DNA from: Felis catus
Lineage: Eukaryota
Assembly: GCF_018350175.1 (NCBI RefSeq)
Contig: NC_058382.1
Span: 54,314,001-54,378,000, forward strand
Length of the DNA stretch: 64,000 nucleotides
Direction: 5' to 3'
Below, piece after piece: positions 12,956-25,288 of the stretch (positions are counted from its first letter, which is position 1; every line of letters begins with the position of its first letter). Under the pieces are notes generated by a model that did not search any database, was not told where the DNA came from, and was given only the letters and a program-made list of their open reading frames with translations. Position numbers and translations under genes: made by a program.

Positions 12956-13904
12956 GTCACCGGCGGCAAGAGTGATGGCGGCCACAGTGGTAGCTGGTAG
13001 GAACACGATAGTTTGCCCTCTGGAGCCCCTTCTGAATCAGCAACGGGTTTATTTCCCTCCCAACTCCTGAGGCCAGGGAAGCCCGCAGCACTCGGGAGAG
13101 GTATGGCCACACCCAAGAGCTGTCCCTACAGATTCCTCTAGAACCACGGAACGTGCACCCTCGTTTCTTTGCCTTGCAGACTCCCACCACGTCTCCTCTC
13201 TGTTTCCTGCATGCATGCCTATTTATCTGACTTCTGCTCTTCCCCTCTGAATGAATGGAACACCCTTCCCACCTCTGTCTCCCCAGGAGGCCCTTACTTA
13301 CATTTAAAGATTCTGATCAGACATAGGCACTGGGAAGCCTTTCCTGAATTCTTGGGCAAGAGTCCTGAATCCTGTTCTACATGGGTCCGTCCTCCCCACT
13401 AGACTAGGAGCCCTTCGAAAGCAGAGCACGTGAGGTCACCCATGTGGTCAAGTCACACCAGTAGGTGACTCTGAGAAGACCACAGGGCATAAAGGAAAGA
13501 GCACAGGTGTGTATCCTGCTCCGCCATTTAAAACTCAGGGGGGAAATCCCGAGCAAGTCCACTGAATCCTCAGAGCCGGGTTTGCACAAATGGACGAAGG
13601 AGTTAACAAAAGGTGCCACAGAATAACATTAGCAAAACAACACAGCGCATTATTGTCAGCACCCTCAGCCATCATCAGCCCCAGCGCCCCACTACCACCA
13701 AAAACAATGCCCCTCTTCCCCATCCCCAACTTAACTTGGGAGCCCTGAACTTGAGCTGTGCCCTGCCTTGCACTTTCCTAACTTCCAACTCGTTGCTGAG
13801 AGCTGTAAGGGACCCAGAAGGGCCACAGGCTCCAAATCAGCCCACTCTGCACAAAGAAATGCATCACAGGAAAACGTCAGAGAAGGAAGCTAATTGGAAA
13901 ATAC

Positions 13905-14045
13905 CTTTTTCCAAAGAACACATAAACGTGGCCAAAAGACACATGAAAAGATGCTCAACATAACTAACAACCAGGGAAATGCAAATGAAAACCACAGAGA
14001 GGTATCACCATACAGCTGTCAGAATGGCTAGAATCAAAAAGACAA
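13905..14045 (+). mobile_element. L1 ORF2 3' fragment
   Basis: cacatgaaaagatgctcaaca...cagggaaatgcaaatgaaaaccac (HMKRCST...EMQMKT). Confidence 0.85.
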
Positions 14046-14276
14046 GGGGCGTCTGGGTGGCTCAGTCGGTAAAGCGTCCGACTTCAGCTCAGGTCATGAT
14101 CTCACGGCTTGTGAGTTCGAGCCCCATGTTGGGCTCTTTGCTGATAACTACCCTTCCTGGAGCCTGCGTCCAATTCTGCGTCCCTCTCTCGCTCTGCCCT
14201 CCCCCATGCGTGCACACACGTGTGCTCGCACACTCTCTCTCTCAAGAATAAATTATTTAAAAAACATTAAAAAAAG
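14046..14276 (+). mobile_element. Can-SINE
   Basis: Head and tail; no TSD seen. Confidence 0.92.
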
Positions 14277-14617
14277 AATATTTAAGGTATAAAAATATAG
14301 TCAAGATATGAGTAAGGCTTAAAATACAAAGTAGATACAAAACTGTAGGCAGAGTTTGGTTCTATTTTGTGTCTAAACAAAATATATACATCAAAACAGA
14401 CTTAAAGAAATGGCCGAAATGTTAAGGTAATGATATGGGTCACTCAGGTTTATTACTTTTATTTTCCAAATTTTCTCCAGTAATCACATTTTATTTTACG
14501 ACTTAAAAAAGTGAAACCCTACTGAATGTGTAGCAGTGTCTTATTTAGTATAAGTAATCAATTAAATAGGTGTTTAAAAAGTAAAGAAATTATTTAAAAT
14601 GTATACAGCAACTGGTG

Positions 14618-14823
14618 GGGGCACCTGGGTGGCTCAGTTGGTTAAGCATCTGACTTCAGCACCAGTTATGATCTTACAGTCCATGAGTTCAAGCCTGTTC
14701 TGTGCTGATAGCTCAGAACCTGGAGCCTACTTCAGATTCTGTGTCTCCCTCTCTCTCTCTCCCCTCCCCCAATCTCTCTCTCTGTCTCTATCTCTCTGTC
14801 AAAAATAAACCAACATTTAAAAA
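14618..14823 (+). mobile_element. Can-SINE
   Basis: Head and tail; degenerate TSD agcaa(c/t)tggtg. Confidence 0.92.
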
Positions 14824-14839
14824 GATGATATGAAAGCAA

Positions 14840-17190
14840 TTGGTGATTTGTCTATGGTAGTCTAAGGTTTTTCACAATAACAAATGCAAAACACAGTCTT
14901 TTAAAATGTCCCTGGAACATTTACCAAAAAATTGAACAAGTACTAGACTAGCAGAAATACTCAATAAATATCAAAACCCAGAAATTGACCAGCTATTTGG
15001 CTGTCTGTAAAACAATAAAAAGCAAAATCAATAGCTATAAAATAAAACCCAAAAACACCCCAGTCAATAGTAAAGTCTTGGCTAAGGAAGGTAAACCAAA
15101 TAAATTATGGGATACATACAAAATAGTGATAACAACTCCAACACAAACCACAAAATGTATAGGATTCAGCCAAAGCTGAGCTCAAAGTGAAAAAAAATAA
15201 CCTTGTATGAAACTTTTAAAATAAGAAAATGAAAATATGTGAAGTATTCAGTACAAAAAGCTGGGAAAAAAACCCCAAAATGATCCTAATCAAAGAAAGA
15301 AAAAAGGATTAATTTTTAACCACAAAATAATTAAGAAAAAATAAAAAGTAAAAAGGGCAGATTGGGTCAGAAAAAACTAATAATTGGTTCTTTATAAAAG
15401 GACTGGTTAAAAAAAAAAAAAAAAAGACAAACCTCTAGCAAACCAAACCAGAGTGAGAAAGAGAGAGTACACAAAACCTAAAACACTATGAGAAAGAGGC
15501 TATAAACACAGAGAGACCTTAAATTCTTGAATTTCATCTGCAACCAATAAACTGGAAAATGCAGAATTAATGGCTGTATTAAAACAATCCCCCCAAAAAT
15601 CAATTATCAAAAGACCTGACAAAACTAATAACCAGGAAAGAAATCAGTAAAAGCTGCCAATGAATAAGCAGGGCTGGGGGGAGGGTGTGCCATGCCCAAA
15701 TGGTTTTATTAAGTTCTTTCAAACTTTCAAAGGATAATATAAAAGCTAATCAACAGATTTTAGATTACAGGAAAATATGGGAATCTCGCGGTCTATTTTG
15801 TAGCTGGCATAACTCTAGTTACAAAGCCAACACAGATAATGCAAGAAAAATAAAAACAAGAAACCTTAGACTTCTATTCCAGCCAAGACTGAGCAACTTT
15901 TAGGAAACCAATGTCCCTGCCAAGAACAACTAGGAAAGCTGCTAAGATCCATTACCTGTTCTGAAACACTCAAGAACTGCCTAGGCAGCCAGGATCTAAA
16001 GGACCAAAATGCCAGAGAAAGAAATTCACAGAGTTGTGCCTGACATTCTGCATGCTGCTCTTCCCCGTGGGTTATTCACCAGCTCTTAAACGGTGTGGGG
16101 TTAGATGCTACACACGTTGGCAGAAATACAAACAGAAGGCAAAGAAGCACATGGAAGCTAAGCAGAGCTTTATACAGCCTTCCAGAGATGGGAAGAAAAA
16201 TATTGCGGCTAGCAGCTAGCAAGGGCTTGAGGGTCCAACCGAGGCTTGAGGGTCCAAAAGCTGGGAGAGAGAGCAGGCAGAGAGAAGCATGAATGGGCTC
16301 TGCACAAACTTTCCCTTCAAAGTATTTGATGATTCTTATCAAAGAAGGGTGAAATACTAAAAGTGCTGAGAACTTAGAGGCTGGGTATCTGGGCTTAGCT
16401 TTCAGGATGCTCGTGGTTCTGGGGAAATGATGTTGGGGAGTTCAGGATTGACCAAGGCAACAAATAAACACACAAGATTCTCAGAAGTAACCAAGACTTA
16501 AAAAGAATACAAACCAGCCCCAATGTCTGATTACAATGAGATGATCTACCTCTTCTCTGCCTGAAGGAGGAAAAGGTAATCCTCTAAGAAGAGAGGCTGA
16601 GTGGATCTTCCTGGTAAAATGGGAGCATCATCCATGACATGAATAAATGTCCACCATTCAATCAAAAATTACCAGGCACACCAAGAAGCAGGACCAAGAG
16701 TCAAGTTAAACATTAAACCCACAGGCAACAGAAACACTGGAGTTATCAAACACAGCCTTCAAAATAAATGAGACAAGGATAACCACATGGAGAATTTCAC
16801 CAAGCAGAGTTAATCTAAAACTGAAAAACAAAAGAGCTAAAATCAATAATTCTATACATGAGTTTAACAGCATATGAAACACAGAATCAGTAAAGTGAAA
16901 GACAGATTAGAAAATAATATCCAGGTAGAAACGAAAAGCAAAAACAGGAAGAAATTAAAAAAAAAAAAAACCAACAGTAGTCCTACGGAACATGGAGGCA
17001 AAGTCTAACTAGGTGTGATAGGAATCCAAGAAGAAAAGAGAAAGAATAGCATAGAAGCATTATGTGAAAAGACAATTACCAAGAATCTTGTAAAAATAAA
17101 GAAAACATCAAGTCATAAAAATCCCAAGCAAAATATATAAAAAGAAAATGATACCTAGAAACAAACACCTTAGTAAAACTTCAGAAAAAC
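14840..17190 (+). mobile_element. Decayed L1M remnants (ORF2-like, then 5'/ORF1-like)
   Basis: A-rich with L1 motifs (gacaaacctctagcaa, aaaattaccaggcacaccaagaagcagga, ggaatccaagaagaaaagag). Confidence 0.6.
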
Positions 17191-17191
17191 A

Positions 17192-17968
17192 GGGCTGCCT
17201 GCCTGGCTCAGGTGGTAGAGTATGTGACTCAGGGTTGTGAGGTTGAGCCCCACGTTGGGTGTAGAGAGTACTTAAAAATAAAATCTTTAAGGGGCACCTG
17301 GGTGGCTCAGTCAGTTGTGCAACCAACTTCAGCTCAGGTCACCATCTCATAGTTCGTGAGTTCAAGCCCCGCACTGGGCTCAAGAGCTGTCATTACAGAG
17401 CCCACTTCAGATCATCTGTTCCCCTCTCTCTGCCCCTCCACTGCTTGCGTTCTCTCAAAATAAATAAAATGTTTTAAAAAAATAAAATCTTTAAAAGGGT
17501 GTTTGGGTGGCTCAGTCAGTTGAGTGTCCAACTCTTGATTTCAGCTTCGGTCATGATCTCAGTTCATGAGATCAAGCCCCACAGTGATCTCTGTCAGCAC
17601 AGAGCCTGCTTGGGGTTCTCTCTCTCCATCCCTCTCTCTCTGCCCCTCCCCTCCCTGCGCTCCCCACCCCCCTCTCAAAATAAACACTTAAAAAATCAAT
17701 TAAAAATAAATAAGTAAAATCTTTAAAAAAAAAAAAAAACTTCAGGGGCGCCTGGGTGGCGCAGTCGGTTAAGCGTCTGACTTCAGCCAGGTCACGATCT
17801 CGCGGTCCGGGAGTTCGAGCCCCGCGTCAGGCTCTGGGCTGATGGCTCGGAGCCTGGAGCCTGTTTCCGATTCTGTGTCTCCCTCTCTCTCTGCCCCTCC
17901 CCCGTTCATGCTCTGTCTCTCTCTGTCTGAAAAATAAATAAACGTTGAAAAAAAAAATTAAAAAAAAA
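17192..17968 (+). mobile_element. Stack of four tandem Can-SINEs (about 17192-17290, 17291-17476, 17497-17713, 17745-17968)
   Basis: Four consecutive SINE heads with shared, nested TSDs (aaaataaaatctttaa; aaaacttcag). Confidence 0.93.
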
Positions 17969-18025
17969 AAAACTTCAGAAAACCAGTAAGTAGCAAGATG
18001 AGGAAAAAAGTCACATTATCTTTAA

Positions 18026-18393
18026 GGAAGGAAGGAAGGAAGGAAGGAAGGAAGGAAGGAAGGAAGGGAGAGAGGAAGGAAGGAAGGAAGGAAGGAAGGA
18101 AGGAAGGAAGGGAGGAAGGAAGGAAGGAAGAGAGGGAGGGAGGGAGGAAGGAAGGAAGAGAGGGAGGGAGGGAGGGAGGGAGCGAGGGAGGGAGGGAGGA
18201 AGGAAGGAAGGAAGGGAGGAAGGGAGGGAGGAAGGAAGGGAGGGAGGGAGAGAGGAAGGAAGGAAGGAAGGAAGGAAGGAAGGAAGGAAGGAAGGAAGGA
18301 AAGAAGAGAGGGAGGGAGGGAGGGAGGGAGGGAGGGAGGGAGGGAGGGAGGAAGGAAGGAAGGAAGGAAGGAAGGAAGGAAGGAAGGAAGAAA
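18026..18393. repeat. (GGAA)n/(GGGA)n polypurine microsatellite
   Basis: Direct reading; almost pure purine on the + strand. Confidence 0.97.
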
Positions 18394-18438
18394 GGCAACA
18401 GTAAAACCAATAGTTGAGTTCTCAATAAAAACAAAAGA

Positions 18439-18650
18439 GGGGCACCTGGGTGGCTCAGCTGGTTGAGTGTCAGACTCTTGATTTTTGGCTCAGGTCATGA
18501 TCCCAGGGTCATGGGATTGAGCCCTGCATCAGGCTCCATGCTGAGCATGGAACCTGCTTAAGATTCTCCCTCTCTTTCTCTTCTCTTTCTCTCTCTCTTC
18601 CTATCCCACCATGCATGTGCTCTCTGGCTCTGTCTCTTAAAAAAAAAAAA
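18439..18650 (+). mobile_element. Can-SINE
   Basis: Head, (CT)-rich region, A tail. Confidence 0.92.
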
Positions 18651-18768
18651 TAGAAAAGCTGAGAGAAAATACCATTAGAATGTTTTATTCTACGGAAATA
18701 CTCTCCTAAGGTGAAGTAAAATAAAGACACTTTGAGATGCACAACACCTGAAAGAATTCGCTACCAAT

Positions 18769-18963
18769 CAGTGATGTGCTAGTAAATGTCTAACGAATGG
18801 CAAAAAAAAACAAAAACAAAAACAAAAAGGCACCGATTTGTCGTTGCCAGCTTCTGTGGTGTAAGTATTCCCACCACAGCCGAGTTTAAGCTACCAATGG
18901 GATATCACCGAACGCAGAAATAGAAAGAGAGGTACCCAGTCAGCTCTCAGGAGGACACCACTG
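18769..18963. mobile_element. MER63-like hAT DNA transposon MITE
   Basis: Terminal inverted repeats cagtgatgtg...gacaccactg; internal ggtgtaagtattcccaccac...aagctaccaa matches recalled MER63 consensus. Confidence 0.75.
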
Positions 18964-21276
18964 TCACCAACAAAACTGAAAAAAATAAAATAAAATAAAA
19001 AAGAATTCTTTAGGAAAAAGAAAAATTCTCCCATACTGAAATTTGTAAATGTAAGAAAGTGGAAATCAACAAAAAGAATAAACAGGTGAGTAAATATCAA
19101 TGAATATTGATTTCATGGTAGAAAACAATACGGTGGCTTATAGGGTCAAAAAAATGGATGTAGAATTAAAATGAGACAAGATTAATAATAAAAAGTGGGG
19201 CAAATGAAGTCAATGTCTTCTAAGCCCTGCAGAATAGTAAAATCCTCATTTATATTAGTCTTCAATAAGTCAAAGAAACAGAACCACACATATATGGTCA
19301 ACCAAATTATCATAAAGGAAACACTGCAATACTGAAAGAATGGCCTTTTTAAGAAACAGGGGCTTCCCAGCATTTAAAAAAAAAAAGAAGGTTGACCCCT
19401 ACACCTCACATCATATACAAAACAATCAATTCCAGACTCCCCATCTATCTACACACAATGGGTAAAACAATGAATCTTCTGGAAGCTATCACAGGAGACT
19501 CTCTTCATCATCATTTTCTTAAACCAGGACCCAAAAAGCATGAAAGCAACACAAGGAAAAAGACTGATAAATCAGACTTCATTTACAGTTAATAACTTCA
19601 CATCAAAAGACACAATTAAGAAAATAAAAAGGTAATTCATAGATGGTGAGAAGATGTGTAAAATACATATTCCTGACAAAGGATTTATTTGCAGAATATA
19701 GAATCCATTTTGTCAAAAGCCAGGGTAAATGCCCAGGTTTCTGGGGAGAACAGATGAAGGAGACCCCAGGAGCGTGGGTCACGATAGGATAGTGAGGACG
19801 GCAGCATGCCTTACGCATCATCTTATGTGATCCCCACAGTACCCCTTTGAGGTAAACTACACTTTTTATCCCCATGTTACAGGCCTGGCATAAACCTAGT
19901 CTCTAACACACACCCAAGAGCCACCACCATGCACAGGGAAGGGGACGGAGTTGTTTGTTCGACCCAAGCTGTAATCAGTCATTGCCCATCTGTGATGCGC
20001 CAACAAGGAGGTGAATATGTCACAGGTCCACGTGGGAAGAAGGGCTGCAACAACACAGGGTGGGTCAGAGCCCAGGGTGAGATATTTAGACTACATGGCT
20101 GTCTGAGGGCCACATGGACAAGAGTCTGGGATTCAGGACAAATGGAGATTAAGCCAACAGCCAAGTCCTCCCCAGTATCAGAAGTTAAGGGATGCTCATT
20201 AGGAAAGAGGATTTTTTGCGGAGAAACTTTATATAGTTTGGAAAATACGCCAGGATCTGAGAGCTGTCACATCCGCCCATCCAGAAAGTGTGGCCTCATG
20301 CAGCCAGGAATAATACCATAGAGAAGGGCAGTCCAGGGTTAGCCATGAGGTTCCATGGCTTGTCAATGGTATGACTCTAGACAAGTCACTGAGCCATTCT
20401 AAGCCCTTATCTGTACAGTGCAGGTGAGAAGAATCCTCCACCAGGAAGGACTCTGCAGGGGAACCCATGGGGAGACATGGTAATATATTACTATGTTAAG
20501 GTTTTAAAGTTCATTTGGGAGCATGACAGGGTTCTGCCCTCTTTCCTCCCAAATATTAAAGAACCAGGGAAGCTATGGGCTACCAGGGGACCCTCCCGCA
20601 GCAGAGAAGAGAAGGGTCTCAGATGGGAAGGGGGACACTGCTGGTTGGGTGAGAGGCCCACATGACTTCCCAGGAGTAGCCTCAGAACTGTACTCCTGAA
20701 CTTGGGCAATGGCCACCTGCACAACCCACCCCCGCAGTAAGTGGATGGGGCAGGGGTCGGTGAGGGGCTCCAATCCCTACTGGCCGCCCACTTCAGGTGT
20801 CAACTCTCACTTCCCCTCCCCTGGAGTCTTGGTTTCCTCATCCACGTTCCATTTAATGCGTAGAGGTATTTTAGGATGGCACAACATGTAAAATGCCACA
20901 CATTTCCTGGTTGCTCAGCATGTGTCAACACACTTCCGTGTGTCAGCAGGGATGCTGGGAGGCTGCTCACATTTGGAGAGTGGAGAAAACTGTGAATTCT
21001 TATGCTTTCATCTATCAAGGAGTCGGGGCATCTTGGTCTATGTCAGGATGAGCAGAAAGGGCTTCCTGACCTCTCACCACAGAGACCTCGCTTGAAAGAG
21101 AAGAAAACAGTGGAGGACACACTCAGCACTTCACAGGCTACAGAGATCTGGTAGCTGTGGGGAATGACGCTTTTTTTTTTTTAATTTTTTAAGGTTAATG
21201 GGAATGACTCTTAATACCTACAACCAAGAAGAAGCATAGCTCCAAAGCCAAAAAGGCCAATAACATATCTGGCTGA

Positions 21277-21511
21277 GGGGTGCCTTAAGTGGCTCAGTCG
21301 GTTGAGCGTCCAACTTCAGCTCATGTCATGATCTCACGGCTCGTGGGTTCGAGCCCCATGTTGGACTCTGTGCTTGCGGCTCAGAGCCTGGAGCCTGCTT
21401 TAGATTCTGTGTCTCCCTCTCTGCCCCTCCCCCACTCACGCTCTGTCCCTCTCCCTCTCCCTCTCCCCCTCTCTCTCTCAAAAATAAACAAACATTAAAA
21501 GATTTTTTTTT
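21277..21511 (+). mobile_element. Can-SINE
   Basis: Head and tail; TSD atctggc. Confidence 0.92.
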
Positions 21512-22415
21512 TTAATCTGGCCATATCCATCAAAAAAACTAGAAATACTCTTACCTCTAACCTGCTAATCCTGCTTCTGGAAACCTATCCTAAAAGGACA
21601 ATTTTAGATATAAAAAATGTAAAATATTCATTACGATGTTATTAAAAAAGTTACAAACATATACACAAAACCCTGGGCCACTTAGGAAAGATGCTTTTAA
21701 ATAATTGTTGGGTCAATGGGGAAAGAAATGAAATTACAAATTAGTTAGAAAATACCCATAATGATAAGATAATATAGCATATGCCAGAACAGAGATATGG
21801 CCAAAACTATAATCATAACAAAATTATGGTTTTATTATTGGTTTTATTATTGAATATGAAAGTATAATGGTTTTATTACTGAATATGAAAGTATAATGTG
21901 CCAACAATCCAATTCAAGAAGTTAGAAAGAGAACCACAAAACAAAACCTAAGAAAAACAGAATCAAAGCATGAATAAGGTTAAAAGCACAAATGAATTCA
22001 TTAAAAACCAGCAGAATTCAAGAGCTGGTTCTCTGAAAAACACTACTATAAAGAAAAACTATAGCCAGCAGACAAACCTCTATCTAGTCTAATTAAAGGA
22101 AAGAGAAAATACAGACACAATAAAGAACGGAAAATGATAATTAGCAAAAAAAATATGGCATTCAAAAATGAGCGGAAATTATTTACAACTTGATAAATTT
22201 GAAAATTCTCAATGAAATAGAGAATTTTCTAAATAAATACAAATGAACACAATTGACTTAATAAGAATTAAGAACATCAAAATAAGCAAAAGCTACATAT
22301 GAATATGAAGAAGTTGCTAAAAAATGATCTCTGAAGCTTTAGAAAATGCTCCAGATGCAGTAAAAAAGGAATGATTCTTTTCATTTTATGACATTTAGTG
22401 ACCTTGACAGAAAAA

Positions 22416-22417
<2 letters not shown>

Positions 22418-22461
<44 letters not shown>
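22418..22461. repeat. (CA)n microsatellite
   Basis: Direct reading. Confidence 0.95.
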
Positions 22462-22463
<2 letters not shown>

Positions 22464-22976
22464 CAGCCTAGTGTTATTTAGAGATATATACAAAACAATT
22501 CTAAATAAAATATTTTTTTATGTTTTCTTTTTCTTTTACAAAAATATTTTTTAAATCCACCAAGATAATAAAGGAAAATACAACTCTATCAGCAAGGATT
22601 TGTCCCAGAAAAAATAAATAAACAGAATCATATTACTTAGTGAAAAAAAATCACACAATCTCAATAGTTTTTAAAAAAAAGCATCTGATAAGTCATTCCC
22701 TATTTTTAAAAAATAGCAAACTAGAACCAGAAGAACATCCCTAGTCTTAAACCACCTGCTGACATCAAACTTCAGGTGACATAATACAGGCATTCCCATT
22801 AAAATCATGGGTAAGGCACCTATCACAATTAGTATTTCACCCCGGTAAAGAAACATAAAAGTATTCAACACTGGTAACCAAAGCAAGTAAAAGAAATGAG
22901 AGCATCGATTATCAGGAAGGACAGAGAAATTGACCATGATTTGCTTGAGGTAAAACTGAACTTAAAAAATGTACTG

Positions 22977-23150
22977 GGGACACCTGGGAGGCTTAGTCAG
23001 GTAAGCGTTGATTTCAGCTCAGGTCAAGATCTCACAGTTCGTCCTCTCTCCTCTCTCTGCCCCTCCCCTGCTCACGCTCGCGCTCTCTCTCTCTCTCTAA
23101 ACATAAATAAAACATTTAAATAAAACAAATAAACAAAATAAATAAAAACA
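22977..23150 (+). mobile_element. Can-SINE with internal deletion
   Basis: Head runs directly into the (CT)n region. Confidence 0.85.
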
Positions 23151-24654
23151 TTTTCAAATGTACAAAAATTAAGCAGAAGACTAATAAGAGAATGAAAAAA
23201 ACAGGGCATGTTATAAAAAATAGTCAACCGATAATTTACCCTATAAAATTAGTAAACAGGAAATACAATAAAGATATATTTCTGAATAACAAGAAAAATA
23301 AAACAAAATATATAGGAAAAATTATAACCAGAAATATGTAAAATCCACATGAAGAAAACAAACAAACAAAATTACCAAAAGACATATATGAGACCTGGGC
23401 TGATGAGAGAGATAAGCCAATTGGTCTATTATAAATAAGTCCGCTCTTCCCAAGTTTAATAAATTAAGTACCCATTCTAATCCCAGCTACCAAGTACTTA
23501 TTTTTTTACTTGAAGATTGATTGCATAAATTCATATGGAAGATAACTGGGCTAGTGTAGTCAATATAATTTTCCAATATAAAAATAAAGGTGTTATGTAA
23601 TATAATATTATAATATAATATAATAGGTACTGACGATTATTAAATATGCAACAAGGTTCAGTCCTAAAGTAATGTGGTTTTTAGCAAGCCCTTCCACATG
23701 AACTGGCCTCACATGTGTACTCTCGGGTAAGTGAATGATTTTAACTATTGATTCGGGTTGTGACCCATATGCCAAAGGAATACTGTCTCATTTTAAAGCA
23801 ACACGCTGAAAGAATGGCCCGGAAACAATAAATAAATCGTAATCACTATAAATACTGGCGTACTTTTGTGCTCGTGGCTATGAGGACAGCATTCAAATTA
23901 TTCTTTTTGGTTGTGGATAGTGTCTGCCGCTCATCTGGGTAAAAGGACAGGGAGTGACAACCTATCCTCCCCTTGAGGCAGCAAAACAGACCACACTCAG
24001 GGGTATGAGACGGTACCTGGAAGCTAATGCCTAACTACAAACATGTGGTTGCGACGGAGGAACCGCACTGAGGAAAACAAACACACAAACTTATAATAAT
24101 AACCAGCTCAGGTATTGCACAAGTTGCTTCGAGTGTAACCACACTTGCAAAAGTTTCCCTAAGACCGGGAAACTATCAGGAGAATTCTAAGATTCCCTGA
24201 AATATGTGGAAAAATCTTGAAGTGTATTATTTTTTTTTCTTTGAGGTCCTGTCCTAAATTCTATCAGAATTGACTCAGACTATTTTGAAATTACTAGAGT
24301 TACAGGAATTCCTAGAAATCACTGTCTTTGGGTAAATTGACTGCAGAGGCACAAAGACTGTCTTCAGAAATCAGGGCTCCAACCTGCAAGGCATATTTCC
24401 CTTTCGGGGAAAAGGTGAAAATCTAGATTTTTTAGTTGAGTGTCACGGATCTCTTTACAAAGATGGTTTGCTATAGGACTCCTTTAAAATTAGCAGGTTG
24501 CCCTCATGCAACTGCAATATTATCCGACTTGCGAATGCATCAATCTACTCAACAGGCAAGGCCCAACTAAGCTAGGCAAGAAGTTAATGTCAATAGAAAT
24601 AAGCCCTAAGGAAGCATCCTCGACAACATGAGAAAGTGCATTGCCTCTACCACG

Positions 24655-24656
<2 letters not shown>

Positions 24657-24689
<33 letters not shown>
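24657..24689. repeat. Poly(A) tract
   Basis: About 33 consecutive A. Confidence 0.95.
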
Positions 24690-24690
<1 letters not shown>

Positions 24691-24901
24691 AAAACATTGC
24701 CCAAATGATTTTATTCCTTGTAAGCATCATCTCACGTAGACTTCTGTTGTTGGCAGAAAGACAAAACTCTTATAGGCTAGACCAATCACTAACCACAACA
24801 CTGAGGAATTCATCTAGAACACAGGAGGAATGAGATGAGTGCAAGAAGATTCAGATGTGACCAGTTATCCGAGGACATATTCTCAAAATCATAGAAATTT
24901 A

Positions 24902-25071
24902 GGGGGCACCTGGGTGGCTGAGTCGGTTAAGCATCTGACTTTGGCTCAGGTCATGATCTCATGGTTCATAGGTTTGAGCCCCATGTCAGGCTCTGTGCTG
25001 ACATCTCAGAGCCTGGAGCCTGCTTCGGATTCTGTGTCTCCCTCTCTCTCTGTCCCTCCCTGCTCTCACTT

Positions 25072-25114
<43 letters not shown>

Positions 25115-25145
25115 AATAAATAAAAACATTTAAAAAAAATTTTTT
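24902..25145 (+). mobile_element. Can-SINE
   Basis: Head and tail; TSD aa(t/c)catagaaa(t/c)tta. Confidence 0.93.
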
Positions 25146-25288
25146 AACCATAGAAACTTAGGATTGGACTCACCCTAATGACAAGTTCTCTCTCAAAAAG
25201 TTAAAAGAATCACTGAGGGGAAGTGCTTCTGTGGACTGAATGCATAAAGGTAATAAAAGGAATTAACTGGGCAGGTGAAAGTGGTAGG

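Larger units (their letters stand above)
21640..23680 (+). mobile_element. Decayed L1M ORF2 remnant
   Basis: A-rich; motifs aagagctggttctctgaaaa, tgataaatttgaaaattctcaatgaaatag, cattcccattaaaatca. Confidence 0.6.

Noticed and set aside
17192..17270. tRNA-like sequence with A and B boxes
   Set aside because: It is the tRNA-derived head of an old Can-SINE with an A-rich tail, not a tRNA gene. The same applies to the other SINE heads.
17958..18434. ORFs with KEGR and LPSF repeats
   Set aside because: Translations of the (GGAA)n microsatellite.
21826..21897. Short tandem duplications (also 171-190 and 46073-46112)
   Set aside because: Ordinary slippage events, mostly within decayed repeats, with no sign of function.
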